DNA of 64,000 nt, taken from contig OX597814.1 of the NCBI GenBank assembly GCA_951406725.2, forward strand, positions 109,678,001 through 109,742,000, in the 5' to 3' direction. Position numbers and translations under genes: made by a program. Shown piece by piece: positions 1 to 15,224 of this stretch. The notes beneath the pieces were generated by a model. It had not been told where the DNA came from, made no database searches, and worked only from the letters and a program-made list of their open reading frames with translations. Positions within the stretch are counted from its first letter, which is position 1. Every line of letters begins with the position of its first letter. Source of the DNA: Octopus vulgaris. Lineage: Eukaryota.

Positions 1-121
1 GTCTTATATGTTTTCTACCACATCTACAACTTTGTAACTCCTATTAGCAAATGGAACATGTGTAATGGGGAATAAATAAAAGCAGAAAATTTTTTAATTT
101 CCCATTTTGATATATATATAT

Positions 122-338
122 TACTCCTTTACTCTTTTACTTGTTTCAGTCATTTGACTGTGGCCATGCTGGAGCACCACTTTTCAGCGAGCAAATCGAT
201 CCCAGGACTTATTCTTTGTAAGCCTAGTACTTATTCTATTGGTCTCTTTTGCCGAACCTCTAAGTTATGAGGATGTAAGCACACCAGCATCGGTTGTCAA
301 GCGATGCTGGGAGGACAAACACAGACACACAAACATAT

Positions 339-382
<44 letters not shown>

Positions 383-550
383 AGGCTTATAGGCTTCTTT
401 CAGTTTCCGTCTACCAAATCCACTCACAAGGCTTTGGTTGGCTCGACGCTATAGTAGAAGACACTTGCCCAAGGTGCCATACAGTGGGACTGAACCCAGA
501 ATCATGTGGTTGGTAAGCTAGTTACTTACCACACAGCCACTCCTTCGCCT
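122..550 (-). mobile_element. tRNA-derived SINE, family A (internal CA/TA microsatellite, GAGTAAAA tail)
   Basis: The minus strand begins aggcgaaggagtggctgtgtggtaag (pol III A-box-like), then gggttcagtccc (B-box-like), and ends ctccagcatggccacagtcaaatgactgaaacaagtaaaagagta. Other copies or fragments lie near 6190, 13320, 18380, 28787, 37315, 40375, 51558 and 63399. Confidence 0.85.
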
Positions 551-950
551 ATATGTATGTATGCATATATGCATGTATGTATGTATGTATGTATGTAAAA
601 AGAAATCCTATTAACAAGTGATGAGTGACAAACCATACATCATAGCAAGAATCCATAATGACAATTGATGTAGTCTGATAAGGAACAACGCCTATAGTTT
701 TGTAGGTGGTTGACACTTCACTTCTGAGTGATGGCTCTAACTACATCATTTAGTTACAGACAAAGTTTCCAATCATTACACATTCTGGAGAGATCTAACT
801 GTCACTCATTTTAGCTACTTCATAAAATTTTACTTCGTGTGTGGGTGTTTATGATATATATGTATGTATATGATATATGTGTGTGCATATGTGTATAGAT
901 ATATGTATGTACATATACTTATGCACATACCTAATATATTATATGTATAT

Positions 951-1839
951 GTATCAAAACGTTCCTGGACTAGTAATGTTTAATAAAAGAAATACCTTAT
1001 TTACCTAAGTTTTAACATCATCTCCTTCAAACTAGTCACCTTGTGCAGCAATACACCTGTCGCAGGTTTCCGGACACTTTTGGAATCCAGTCTTGAAGTC
1101 ATTTTCCATAAGTGAGTCAAGGACCTTCTGTGACCCACTCTGAATCTTGACAATGGTGTTAAAACAACCTTTGAGCTATATTTTCATCTTGTGGAAGAGA
1201 TCGAAGTCTGCAGGTGCTAAATCTGGTGAATGGGGAGGTGTGGAAGTCATACCATGTTGTTTTTGGCACCAAACTCACAAGTGAGGAGAGCTCAGTGTCA
1301 TCGTGAAGAATCAATTTCTTTGTGCTCCACAGATTTGGTCATTCTTTCTGACTGTCTTCCCTCAAATACTTCAAAACATCACAGTAGGACCCTCGATTGA
1401 CGGTCTGGCCCTAGGGGCCAAATTCTCCATGTACAATACCACATTTCTAGGAGTGATGCTCGTGGCAGGTCTTCCAGGCCACTCGTCTTCCAGGTGTGTC
1501 CTTTGGCTGTTGAAGCACCTGTGCCACTTGAAGCATTGTGTACGACCCATTGCCTCATCACTGCAAGCTTACTGAAGAATGCTGAATATCTCTGTAGCAG
1601 ACTTCCCAAGTTTAACGCAAAATTCCTTGTTGGTTTTCTGTTCCTGTCCGTGACAAAATCACAGACCACAACAAAATCACAAAAACACAAATTTCACAAC
1701 ATGCAAAGTAAGCACAGCAATGTCACTCCACACTCTGCCTCATGAAGGTCACTGCTAGCTCTCACTTTGCATGCAACCGTGTGCTGCCATCTGTTGGTAT
1801 GTCACAGAACTAGTCTGGGAAATTTTCGATACCACCACG
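951..1839 (-). mobile_element. Internally deleted mariner element
   Basis: Inverted termini gtatcaaaacgttcctggactagt / actagtctgggaaattttcgatac. The minus strand near 1200-1245 reads LPHLPHSPDLAPADF, matching the mariner YSPDLAP-D motif. Confidence 0.75.
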
Positions 1840-2559
1840 TATCTAAGTTCATATATGTATATACACACACATATACATATATAATATACACATATATATA
1901 TACATATGTGTGTGTGTGTATGTATGTATTCACACACACATAGAGATATACATGAACAGGCATACAAACATACACAAACACTTATATGAACGTGTGGGTG
2001 TGTGGACATATGTATATAGTTGTGTGTATATGTGTGTATGTGTGTGTGTGTATGTGTGTGTGTATATGTCTGATATTCACATCTATGCTAGGAACTATGT
2101 GTGTGTGTGTGTGTACATACATAATACATACATAATACATACACATAAGCATATATTTACATATACTTTAAGAATTTCGTTTCATGTTTTATCATTTAAA
2201 GCTTTCGAAATATTGCAGTTTCATACGATTTTATTTCTACCTTATGTGCATGTACTCACTCTCTCTTTCTCTCTCTCTTTCTCACACACACACACATACA
2301 CACACACACACACATACATACACACACACATGCATAATCACAGGCATACATACACGCGTTCATAAAAACATATATATACATACACATACAGATACATGCA
2401 CACTTACATGTACACATCGATGCTTACAAACACCAGGCATATTCCCACACAATCTTTCTCTCACGCTCGAACAAACCTCGAATCTCAGAGCTAATTACAT
2501 ATAATCACAACGGTTTCTAAATATATATATGTTGCTCTGCATATATCTTCATTTGTATG

Positions 2560-3045
<486 letters not shown>

Positions 3046-3046
<1 letters not shown>

Positions 3047-3282
3047 TGCTCTTTTACTTGTTTCAGTCATTTGACTGCGACCATGCTGGAGCACCGCCTT
3101 TAATCAAGCAACTCGACCCCAGGACTTATTCTTTTGTAAGCCCAGTACTTATTTTATCGGCCTCTTTTGCCGAACCGCTAAGTAACGGGGACATAAACAC
3201 ACCAGCATCGGTTGTCAAGCAATGCTAGGGGGACAAACACAGACACACAAACACATACACACAAACACATACACACACATAT

Positions 3283-3315
<33 letters not shown>

Positions 3316-3735
3316 GTTTAGCGTCCGTTTTCCATGCTAGCATGGGTTGGACGGTTCTACTGGGGTCTGTGAAGCCAGAAGGCTTCATCAGGCCCAGTCA
3401 AATCTGGCAGTGTTTCTACGGCTGGATGCCCTTCCTAACGCCAACCACTCCATGAGTGTAGTGGGTGCTTTTTACGTGCCACCCGCACAGGTGCCAGACA
3501 GAGCTGGCAAGCGGCACGAACGGATGGTGCTTTTTATGTGCCACCGGCACATATATATATATATATATACATATATACGACAGGCTTCTTTCAGTTTCCG
3601 TCTACCAAATCCACTCACAAGGCTTTGGTCGGCCCGAGGCTATAGTAGAAGACACTTACCCAAGGTGCCACGCAGTGGGACTGAACCCGGAACCATGTGG
3701 TTGGTAAACAAGCTACTTACCACACAGCCACTCTT
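3046..3735 (-). mobile_element. Family A SINE with a nested RTE 3'-end insertion (about 3283-3550)
   Basis: The SINE tail (3046-3250) and head (3575-3735) are separated by (CAT)n plus RTE 3'UTR sequence inserted in the central microsatellite. Confidence 0.8.
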
Positions 3736-3851
3736 ATATATATATACACACATACATATATATATATATATATAAATATATATGTATGCATATATCTATG
3801 CATATATACATATGCTCACAAATGTTTTATATGTATATATATATATATATG

Positions 3852-3989
<138 letters not shown>

Positions 3990-4296
3990 AATATACCCAG
4001 ATATGCACACATGTACATAGACACACACATACACACACACACACACACGCATCTAATATATATTCATTTACATTGCCATTGCTGGTATCACCAATGTTTG
4101 TCTATATGGTCTTTATGTGTATATTTATTGAGCATGTGTGTATATATATTCCTTGATAGGCATATGCAGAGATATACATATGTGCAGATATATGCAACAT
4201 GATAAAGCTTAAAGCCAAAGAATATATATGTATATATGTATCTATCACTCTATCTATTGCTCTATGCGTGTGTGTGTGTGTGTGTGTATATATATA

Positions 4297-4596
4297 CAGT
4301 GGCGGACTGGCCAGGTTGCCAGCTTGCCCGATGGTAAGTGGGCCCCTGCGCCATTAGAATCCATATATGAGGGCCCATGTTAGTATCTAATTTGAGAATT
4401 TTTTATTCACCCCTGGAAGTTTGCATGAATTATTTCACCGTGGCTGTGTTTGTAGACAGTTGAAAAGAATACTTTTAATAAGAAAACAAAATAGATGATA
4501 GCATTGTAGTTGCAGGTGTTCCACCCCCCCCTTGTAGTTGTGGGTGGGCCCCCTTAGTCTCCTGGCAACCAATATTTTTAGACCCAATCCACCACA

Positions 4597-4597
<1 letters not shown>
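4297..4597. mobile_element. hAT-like MITE
   Basis: Termini cagtggcggactgg / ccaatccaccacag form an imperfect inverted repeat. Both sides are flanked by tatatata, compatible with an 8-bp TSD. No ORF. Confidence 0.6.
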
Positions 4598-4643
<46 letters not shown>

Positions 4644-5249
4644 TGCATATATATGGGATGTAGTTTGTATATAATTGACGGAAATTTTACTAGAAGTAAC
4701 TGTGTATATGACTGAATTATTCATGTTATTTCACATTCTTTTGATGTGTGATTTTAGGTGACCATGGTTGAGTGAGCGGAGTAGATGGATGGGTTGGGAT
4801 GGAAGGAAATAGAAAACTGCTCTTGGCTGTCAGGTGCGTTATAAGGGTAGGAAAGATGTGGGTAGGAGAAGATAATATGTCTGAAGACAATAAATGGTAA
4901 TCTATCTATCTTCCTGCACCAGATGAGTTGATGTGGGCGGGGTGAGTTAGCCAGGAAAAAAATATTACGCAATCATTAATGATGATGTTTTGAAGAGGGA
5001 AAAATAACATTGGTGAATTGCCTTCGTTGTACAATGTGAAATAGTAAAATAGTTGCCAATGGTAACAGTCGCAGAAGATAAGAGAATGGTAGAGTTTTCA
5101 GTGCAAAGCTCTTCTATGAGTTTTCTGAGGGCAAGCATCAGTAGAAATGTTGATCTGCTTATGTGGAAGACATTTTGGTTCCATTCTGGGATGGAATCAA
5201 TATGAAGAGAAATGCATGTTAATCCAATAAATATGATGTGGGGAAAGAT

Positions 5250-5610
5250 AAGGTGGCAAGCTGGAAGAATTGTAACCCTGCTGGAGAAAATGCTTAGCAT
5301 TTTCTCCATCTTTGTTCTGAGTTCAAATTCCACTGAGGTCAACTTAGCTTTTCATCACTTTGAGGTTGATAAAATAAGTACCAGTTAAAAACTGAGGTAA
5401 ATGTAATTGATTACCCCCTGTTGGGTGGACACCCCCAGACGATGAAGTAGGCTAGCCCAATATGTAGATATAGAGGAAGAAGTCTAGATGTCAGAGTAGC
5501 AGAGAGAACAGAGTAGTAGAGTAGAGTTGAGTAGTAGAGGCATCTGAACATGCGACATAACGCCCCATCACCTGTAATTGCTGGCTTTATGCCAAAATTG
5601 GAATCTAATA
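5250..5610 (+). mobile_element. SINE family C (Meta-domain-like core), interrupted by a ~150-bp insertion at about 5419-5560
   Basis: gagttcaaattcc B-box followed by gtcaacttagcttttcatcactttgaggttgataaaataagtaccag, the core shared with copies at 15996 and 31927-32610. Confidence 0.65.
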
Positions 5611-5676
5611 TGAGGGGGTAAATTTTCTCCTCAATCTGATCGAGGTTGAAAGCCACTTGTTAATGTGTTTCATGAA

Positions 5677-6010
5677 GGCGTATTGCTCAGTGGTTAGAGC
5701 GTTGAGTTTATGATCGTGAGGTTGTGAGTTTGAATCCTGGACTGGGCTGCGTGTTGTGTTCTTGAGCAAGACACATTATTTCACATTGCTCCATTTCACT
5801 CAGCTGTAGAAATGAGTTGCAATGTCACGGGTGCCAAGCTGTATCAGCCGTTGCCTTTCCTTTGGATAACATCAGTGGTGTTGAGAGGGGATGCTGGTAT
5901 GCATGGGTGACTACTGGTCTTCCATAAACAACCTTGCCCAGACTTGTGCCTGAGAGGGTAACTTTCTAGGTGCAATCCCACGGTCAGTCATGACCGAAGG
6001 GGGTCTCAAT
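5677..6010 (+). mobile_element. SINE family D (tRNA head plus V/CORE-like core)
   Basis: tgctcagtggttaga A-box, gagtttgaatcc B-box, then gtgttgtgttcttgagcaagacac...cactcagctgta. Related decayed copies lie at about 31210-31330 (+) and 20020-20460 (-). Confidence 0.65.
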
Positions 6011-6372
6011 TATGCCACACAAATCAAGGACTTTCTGTTCTACATTGCTGACAGTAAGAAAGACTTGCAGGCTTGCAAGGGACCAGCCTGGCATGTCCTG
6101 TCAATTGAGGATTTCAAAATCAATAAAGCTGACTTTCTGTGTGGGGGGCATTCTTCTCTTTGGAGCCAAAACCTGGATCATCTTTTATTGTTATTAGTCA
6201 TGAGACAGTGGCCGTGCTGGGGCACTGCCTTGAAGAATTTCAGTCAAACAAATTGACCCCCAGGACTTTTTTTATTTAAAGCCTGGTATTTGTTCTTTTG
6301 GTCTCTTTTGCTGAACTGGTTGTCAAGCACCAGTGGGGGACAAACACAGACATAACGATGCACACACATGCA

Positions 6373-6414
<42 letters not shown>

Positions 6415-7092
6415 TGTACACACATATATATGTCCATCTGTACGATGGACTTCTTTCAGTTTCCATCTACTGATTTCCACTCACAAGGATTTGGTTGGCC
6501 TGAGGCTTAGAATTTTCAAGCCTTTAATTTTTCTCACCTTAAACGTGCACAGTGTTGTACATCAGTTCAGTGATTCTCTCATCACAAATTCATCTACTAT
6601 GATAATGTCCATGTTTCACTGAAGAGTTCTAATAGTACTGAAACATGTGCAGAGTTGTCTCCCTTACTTCTTTCCCTCATGATACAAACATTTCTTATAA
6701 GGAATTCAATTTTGCTACACTATATATGTTTACTATGTTGCGTATGTTTATTATGTTAAATGTTTACTGCTATATATATATATATATATGCTGCCTGTTT
6801 TATACATGGTGATATGAAGTCCTATACAAACACTTTGATCATTGTTATAATGTGTGTGGTTGTGGCTGCACTGAATGAGAGTCAGCTTCAGTGTTGTGCG
6901 TTTCTTCTTTTTAATTGGTTGTCAAGTTTGTGTATTCTCTCTCTGCGGGAGAAAAGCAAAAAGCTGTTTTAGAGAGCAAGGTTAGAAATACATTCACACA
7001 CATACATGTATGCGTGTATACATATAGCTATACATATATTCGTAAATATGTGTATGTGTCTGTATACATATATACATGTATATATATGTGTG

Positions 7093-7125
<33 letters not shown>

Positions 7126-7140
7126 GTAAATATACATATG

Positions 7141-7184
<44 letters not shown>

Positions 7185-7185
7185 G

Positions 7186-7216
<31 letters not shown>

Positions 7217-7229
7217 TATACATATGTAT

Positions 7230-7274
<45 letters not shown>

Positions 7275-7341
7275 CATATACATATACATATATATATATA
7301 TATATATACACACATACATATATATGTATACAATGTATACA

Positions 7342-7385
<44 letters not shown>

Positions 7386-7386
7386 C

Positions 7387-7418
<32 letters not shown>

Positions 7419-7473
7419 ATATATATGTATACAATGTATACATCCATATATATGTGAGTGTGTGTGTGAGTGA

Positions 7474-7513
<40 letters not shown>

Positions 7514-7881
7514 GTGTGTACATATGTATATATCATCACACACACGCACACATGCACACATTCTATGTGTGACAGGCTGTGTGAGCCTCATCCTGTACGA
7601 GATGAAACATGCTTCAGTGATGGCATCTGTTCATGAAATTGCATGGAATCGTTTCTTTACAAGATTGTCTTTAGTCTTGCTGCTTTCTTCTTGCTCACAA
7701 TGCTAACAAGGCTGTGACTATTTCAGATTCTTTGCATTTTAAATCAGTTACTTAACCATATCAAATGTTTTCACGTAAACACATTTTTTCTTTTCTGTAC
7801 TCAGGCTACGTCTTTACTCTCATATAAAACAAATTAACAAATCAATGAAACTGCGGAGTACACTATATATACATAAAAAAA

Positions 7882-8294
7882 AAGGAGTGGCTGTGTGGTA
7901 AGTAGCTTGTTTACCAACCACATGGTTCCGGGTTCAGTCCCACTGTGTGGCACCTTGGGCAAGTGTCTTCTACTATAGCCTCGGGCCGACCAAAGCCTTG
8001 TGAGTGGATTTGGTAGATGGAAACTGAAAGAAGCCCGTCGTATATATGTATATATATATATATGTATGTGTGTGTTTGTGTGTCTGTGTTTGTCCCCCTA
8101 GCATTGCTTGACAACCGATGCTGGTGTGTTTATGTCCCCGTCATTTAGCGGTTTGGCAAAAGAGACCGATAAAATAAGTACTGGGCTTACAAAGAATAAG
8201 TCCCGGGGTCGAGTTGCTCGATTAAAGGCGGTGCTCCAGCATGGCCGCAGTCAAATGATTGAAACAAGTAAAAGAGTAAAAGAGTAAAAGAGTA

Positions 8295-8295
<1 letters not shown>
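7882..8295 (+). mobile_element. Family A SINE, near full length
   Basis: aggagtggctgtgtggtaag head, ggttcagtccc B-box, central TA/TG tract and (GAGTAAAA)3 tail. Confidence 0.9.
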
Positions 8296-8337
<42 letters not shown>

Positions 8338-8431
8338 TGGAGGTTTCCAAACATTTGTACATTACTGCATATGCTTTATATGCACTTTTGACAAGTTGTG
8401 GTGCACCTGAGCACTGTATACAATATTTTCA

Positions 8432-8472
<41 letters not shown>

Positions 8473-8995
8473 AATAATATTAGGGTAATAAGAATTATAG
8501 AAATTATTATTACCAGTGGCCTAGCATAAAAAAAAATTTTAGTCAATAGACTATATATTATTCATATAAAAATATTGTGTACATTAGAACACATTAAGAG
8601 GCTTCTAAATAGGAAAGCCTTTTGCTAGGGACTAAATTAGATGGTAAATGTTTTTAATTTTCATTCCTTTCGAGAATTTATCCCTAATTAGTGGTTTGAG
8701 TTTTCTACTGCTCTTTCTAGCACAAGGCTTTCCTATTTGGAAGCCTCTTAATGTGTTTTAATGTACACAATATTTTTAAGGGCATCGAGATGTAGAAACT
8801 CTGCCAGATCAGATTGGGGTCTGGTTCGCCAGACCTCAGTCAAATTGTCCAACCCATGCTAGCATGGAAAACAGACGTTAAATGATGATGATGATGATGA
8901 TGATATGTTACAGGGACATAAAAAAACCAACATCGGTTGTCAAGCGATGGTGGGAGAACAAACACAGACACACAAACATATATATATATATATTA

Positions 8996-9298
8996 CGTGA
9001 TCACGTGACCGACTAGGCTATCAAATGTTGCTACACATAGCTGGTCACAATGCGCTTCGCATTGTTTTAGCCTTTAAATGATGCCACCCTGCTGGCTAAG
9101 CAAGCAGGCCAGCAGAAGATAGAGTGAGAGAAAGTTGTGGTGAAAGAGTACAGCAGGGATCGCCACCACCCCGTGCCGGAGCTTCGTGGAGTTTTAGGTG
9201 TTTTCGCTCAATAAACACTCACAACGCCTGGTCTGGGAATTGAAACTACAATCCTACGACCGCGAGTCCGCTGCCCTAACCACTGGGCCATTGCGCCT

Positions 9299-9300
<2 letters not shown>
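8996..9300 (-). mobile_element. tRNA-derived SINE family B
   Basis: The minus strand reads ggcgcaatggcccagtggttagggcagcggactcgcggtcg...gtttcaattccc (tRNA-like head). Highly similar copies are at 18730-19028 and 54752-55047. Confidence 0.85.
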
Positions 9301-9361
<61 letters not shown>

Positions 9362-9375
9362 TGTATGTATGTATG

Positions 9376-9989
<614 letters not shown>

Positions 9990-10157
9990 TATATATACGA
10001 CTGGCTTCTTTTAGTTTTCATCTACCAAATCCACTCACAAGGCTTTGGTTGGCCCTAGGTTATTGTAGAAGACACTCACCCAAGGTGCCATGCAGTGGAC
10101 TGAACCCAGAATTATGTGTTTAGGAAGCAAGCTTCTTATCACACAGCCACGCCTGCA

Positions 10158-10192
<35 letters not shown>

Positions 10193-10314
10193 ACTTAAAA
10201 TGTGACCAAAAGAACTACCAATAGTTTTAGGCTTTTATGATACTTCAATTCGGCATATTTATAGAATATGCCATGCATCCCCAAGCAATCTTTCAGGCTC
10301 CTGTTTATGCATTA

Positions 10315-11568
10315 CATCAGGTCATCCCTTAAGTAATGCTGTTTTTCAGATTGCACTTGGTGAAACATGCTCTAGCACTTTTAAACAAAATTTATCTTTT
10401 TCATGGGTGCATAAATACCACTGAGCAAGGGCAGCTTCAGTTAGATAGGTTCTGGCTAGCAGGCACAGAAATAATAATTTGTGGCTTTAATAGGCCCCCA
10501 CCCCACCCCATGAACATGGAGGTCATGGAAGAGCTCATTAGACATGCCATACTTTATGATATATATATAAAAGGCAACAATGCAACAAATGCTGTAAAAA
10601 AATGTGCAAGAAGTGTATGGTGAAGCTGTTTTGAATAAAGAGGACTTTCAACAAGAGGACTTTAGCTTGGAAGATGCCTGCTGCTCTGTCTCTTTTGATA
10701 ATGATGCGTTTGGAGCCACTATTGGAAGAAATCTATATGCAGCTATTGAAGATGTAGCAGAAGTCAATTCATTATTATCAACTGTCCATTGCCATTTGCA
10801 AGAACTTGGAATCATGTCTAAGCTTTGCAAATGGTTTCCACATGAACTGAGTGAAAACAATCAAAGGGAACATGGGAATATCTGCTATCTGCACTGGTCT
10901 TTATTCATGGGAGGAAAAATATCCCTATTTCTTGATTGCCTGTTGACCAGTGATGAAAAAGAATACTCCGTGAGAATGTGAAACACTGATATGAATGAGT
11001 TCAACCAGGAGAACAAGCAAGACGCCATCCAAAACAAGACCTTTGTCCGTGAAAAGTTTTGTTAAGCATTTGGTGGGACATGTTTGATGTAATAGACTTT
11101 GAAACCTTGCCACAAAACCAGACAATTATAGCTCAATGAACTGTGAACAAATTGATTGAGTGAAACATTTACAGAAAAGAGGTTCTCTCTAGTCATTTGA
11201 AAGGGTGTCATTTTCCATCATGACAATGTCAGACCTCACAATGCAAGAGTCACATATGCCAAGATTGAGGAACAAGGTTGGGAAAGGCTTCCACATCCTC
11301 CATATTCTCCTGACCTTTCACCTTAAGATTATCATTTATTCTGAAGCTTGTAAGATTTTATTGATGGAAAAGAATACAATTCCTTAGAGGCACTTGAAAT
11401 GGGCGTTCAAGAGTTTTTCTCTTCTTAGCCAACTGGTTTCTATAGGAACGGCATAAAAAAACCTTTTATAGATGGGGAATATATCGTTGATTAAATTAGT
11501 ACCTTACTTGCTTTTTTATTTCTTCAAAGCCTACTATAAAAAATGACATTACTTATGGGATGGACTGA
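10315..11568 (+). mobile_element. Decayed full-length mariner element (transposase pseudogene about 10511-11493)
   Basis: TIRs tcaggtcatcccttaagtaatg / cattacttatgggatggactga. Motifs WFPHEL, LLTSDEK, FHHDNVRPH and LPHPPYSPDLSP*DYHLF are present across frameshifts. Confidence 0.9.
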
Positions 11569-11734
11569 TATATATTTTAAAAACAAGGATGGTGAACAAT
11601 GAGGAAATGAAGAAAAACTGAGAAGAAAAGTTTGTATGAACGTATATATGTGCATATATATATATATATATATATAATAAAAATATATTAAATAAACAAT
11701 ATACTCTGTAAATTTACTATAATATATTATCTAA

Positions 11735-11783
<49 letters not shown>

Positions 11784-11883
11784 GGTTTGGAGATGATGTA
11801 CAGGTATTATATATTAGAAGAAATGAGGTACTCAGAAATCTGGATGGTTTTATATTTACAGATATTTATTAGTATGTTACATG

Positions 11884-11953
<70 letters not shown>

Positions 11954-12380
11954 AATTATTTGCAATGGAAGCAGTATTAGTTTCAAGTGGCAATCTCTAT
12001 ATCCAACTTAACATGGATGTTTTGATAGAGCACTGAAAACTGCTTTAACCTTGAGAGATCTTCCCATGTGGGTACTTGGTGCATAGAAGCACATGCATAG
12101 ATCATTGCAGACAGGGACCATCTGTCATAAATGCTGGAATTCCCATATCATGTGATTTTATTCTGTTGGAAATCATCAGCTGGAGGTGTCGGTCACTGCA
12201 CGACCAATGATATTCTGTCTAATGTAGCAGTGAGATTGGCTGCCATGCAGTGTGAGAATCGCTCAAAGCCTATAGGGTAGTATTCAGTGTTTGAACAAGA
12301 CATCCATGTTAAGTTGGCTGTTGGCTGCAGAGATTACCATCATCATTGATTATTTAACGTAATGATGATGATGGCTGATG

Positions 12381-12800
12381 TCATCATCATTCATCATTGT
12401 TCAACCGTGGTCGAGACAATGGAATTTAGTATGTTACGCCAGACTTCACGGTCCATCATAGCATTACGGAGGTCCCGTTGCTGGATGCCTGTATCCCTGG
12501 TGATTACATCAGGGTAGGAGAGTGTGCGTCCTCTGGTGTTGCAAGCAGATGGCTTCCAGAGGAGAAGAGTAGAAATTACCTCGTTTTCAGCTCTACAACA
12601 ATGTCCAGCAAACTGGACTCTTCTACCTTTCACAAGAGATGATACAGGTGGTAATTTCTCATATATTTGTACTCTGGTTGGATGATGCTTCCACAAGAGA
12701 TTTTGAGCTCTCATAAGGAGGCGAGTGTAAGTTCCATCCAACCACCTCTCAAGCTTCTTTGATAACATCCAGGTTTCTGAGCCATATAGAAGAATTGGAT
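12381..12800 (-). mobile_element. RTE-clade LINE, 5'-truncated ORF C-terminus with (TGA)n tail
   Basis: LLYGSETW...RRVQFAGHC...AMMDREVWR is typical of the RTE post-RT region. The stop is followed directly by tgatgaatgatgatga. Confidence 0.85.
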
Positions 12801-13299
12801 GATTGATGTGGTGCTAGTAAAGTTAGGCAAGTGGTAAAGATGTCTCCATGTAGATAATGTCTTACCATTTCTTCTTTATTCTTTTTTTAGTTACTCTTGT
12901 AGTTTGCACTGGTAAACATTGTGTGTTTACTGTTGAAACTTTTATCAAGAATGGCAATTGCCACACTCTTTACACCGTCTTTAAATGATTTCTTTCAGGT
13001 GACACACTTTTCTTCCATTCTAACCTGATCCATATGGCAGACCAGAACAAAAGTGACAAGCGCCGTTGGACTCTTCTTTATGCTTACAATCTTCGAGATA
13101 ACAACCCGGTCTATGTACACCACCACCCACAATATTCATATTTGGAGAAGGTAACAGAAATATTTACACCTAGTTTTTGACATTTACCCTGCATCTGTAG
13201 TTCTCAGATTTACACAAAGTTTGGTACCCGCCTCCATAAAAAGATTTCAGTGAAATGTTTTACCTTTTTCTTTCTTTGTCACTGAGAATGTAAAATGGA

Positions 13300-13330
<31 letters not shown>

Positions 13331-13419
13331 TTCATGCTCCACCACTGCTTGACTACCAGTGTTGGTACATTTACATCCCTGTAACTTAGTGGTTCAATAA
13401 AAGAGACTGATAGAATAAG

Positions 13420-14050
13420 TGCTTGAGAAAACTCGGCAAGCGTAAGTGAGACCATAACCTTGTGGCCTATGCCAGGGGTGTAACCAGTCCACTTATGCGT
13501 GCCTTTCCTTCATTGGACACTAAACTCTGCTTGCGAAGACCGGTTGAGGCAAGTGAAATCAAAATCGAAATCAAACTCGATGACTGGCATCCATGTTAGT
13601 GGAGCGCTAAGAGTACCATATGAGTGAGATCATTCCCAGAGCAACAACTGGCCTTCGTGCCGATGGCATGTTAAAAACACCATTCAAGCATGATCATTAC
13701 CTGTGTCACCTTACTAGCACTTGTGCTGGTGGCATGTCAAAAAAATACATTCGAGCGACGTTGTTGCTAGTGCCACTGGACTGGCTCCTGTGCAGGTGAC
13801 ACATAAAAAGCACCATTTGAGTGTGGCTGTTGCCAGTACCACCTAACTGGCCCTTGTGTCAGTGGCACGTAAAAGCACCCACTACACTCTCGGAGTGGTT
13901 GACGTTAGGAAGGGCATCCAGCTGTAGAAACTCTGCCAGATCAAGATTGAAGCCTGGTGCAGCCATCTGGTTCGCCAGACCTCAGTCAAATCGTCCAACC
14001 CATGCTAGCATGGAAAGCAGACGTTAAACGATGATGATGATGATGATGAT
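13420..14050 (+). mobile_element. RTE LINE 3'UTR (family E) with internal repeats and (GAT)n tail
   Basis: Ends gttaggaagggcatccagctgtagaaac...gcatggaaagcagacgttaaacgatgatgat. Further copies are near 8780, 14240, 15830, 16900, 35205, 47140, 47955 and 55745. Confidence 0.8.
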
Positions 14051-14567
14051 GTACTGGGATTAATTTGTTTGACTAAAATTCTTGAAATCAGTGTTCCAAC
14101 ATGGTTGCACTCGAATGACCAGAACAAGAAAAAAAAGGTAAAAGGCCAAAAATATCCTGTTTGAAGTTTCACAATATTTATTCTCCAATTCTTACAGCTT
14201 TTCATAACCTTTTGTAATTGTTGTTATCATTGGTGCCATGTTAAAAGCACCAATTTGGTGCTCTTGTAGAGTGGTTGGTGCTGATAAAGGCATCCAGCTG
14301 AAGAGAGGCCAAAGTAGACAAGAAAGCTTGGTATGGTCTTGTGAACCTGCCAGCTCTTGAAAAAAACCCATCTGATCCATGCCAGTATGGAAAATGGACA
14401 CTGAATGGTGGTGGTGATGGTGGTGGTTGTGGTGTTGGTGTTGGTGGTGATGGCAGTGGTGGTGGTGGTAGTGGTGGTGGTTGTGTTATTGTTGTTGTTG
14501 CTGTTGGTGGTGGTGGTGCTGGTGATGATTGTTGGTTGCAGAAATTAGAAATATACACATGCACTCA

Positions 14568-14623
<56 letters not shown>

Positions 14624-14648
14624 CACTCACACACACACACACACACAT

Positions 14649-14688
<40 letters not shown>

Positions 14689-15224
14689 CTGAAAACCCAA
14701 GACAAATCTAACAAATTTGTTGTCTATCTGAATGTTTACCAAAGTTCATAGTTGAACACCTGCAGCAGTTCTCAAGATATTTGATAGCATGTGTGCATAT
14801 GTGTTCGTGTGTATGTGCATGCATGCGCATGTGTATGTGCATGTGTGTTTGTGTATGTATACATACACTTATATGATATATATATATATATATGTGTGTG
14901 TACAGATACACACATATATATGCTTGTGTGTGTATGTTAATTTACTTTTTTTAAAAGATTCTTTTATATAATTAATAGCTTTTAGTTTAAGATCCTCTTT
15001 TTTTCTTCAAATATGTATATAGGAATGGTGATGTCAACTATATATATACATGTATATTTCACATCACCATTCCTATATACATGCTCTCAGCACATGTAAC
15101 TATTAGTAACACATAAAAACATATATTGTATTTATTAAATAATATTTACCTCTCACCAGATGGAGTACTTTTATTTTGTTGAGCTTACCATCATGGAACA
15201 GTAGACTATATATAAAAATATCCT

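Noticed and set aside
5419-5560. Solo LTR inside the family C SINE
   Set aside because: It starts with TG but lacks a CA end and a clear TSD; left unclassified.
6615-6655. CTGAAGA...GAAACATGTGCA hammerhead-like string
   Set aside because: Stem II is out of register and there is no clean NUH triplet or stem I; too decayed to call.
9225-9300. tRNA gene
   Set aside because: It is the tRNA-like head of a multi-copy SINE and lacks a proper acceptor stem.
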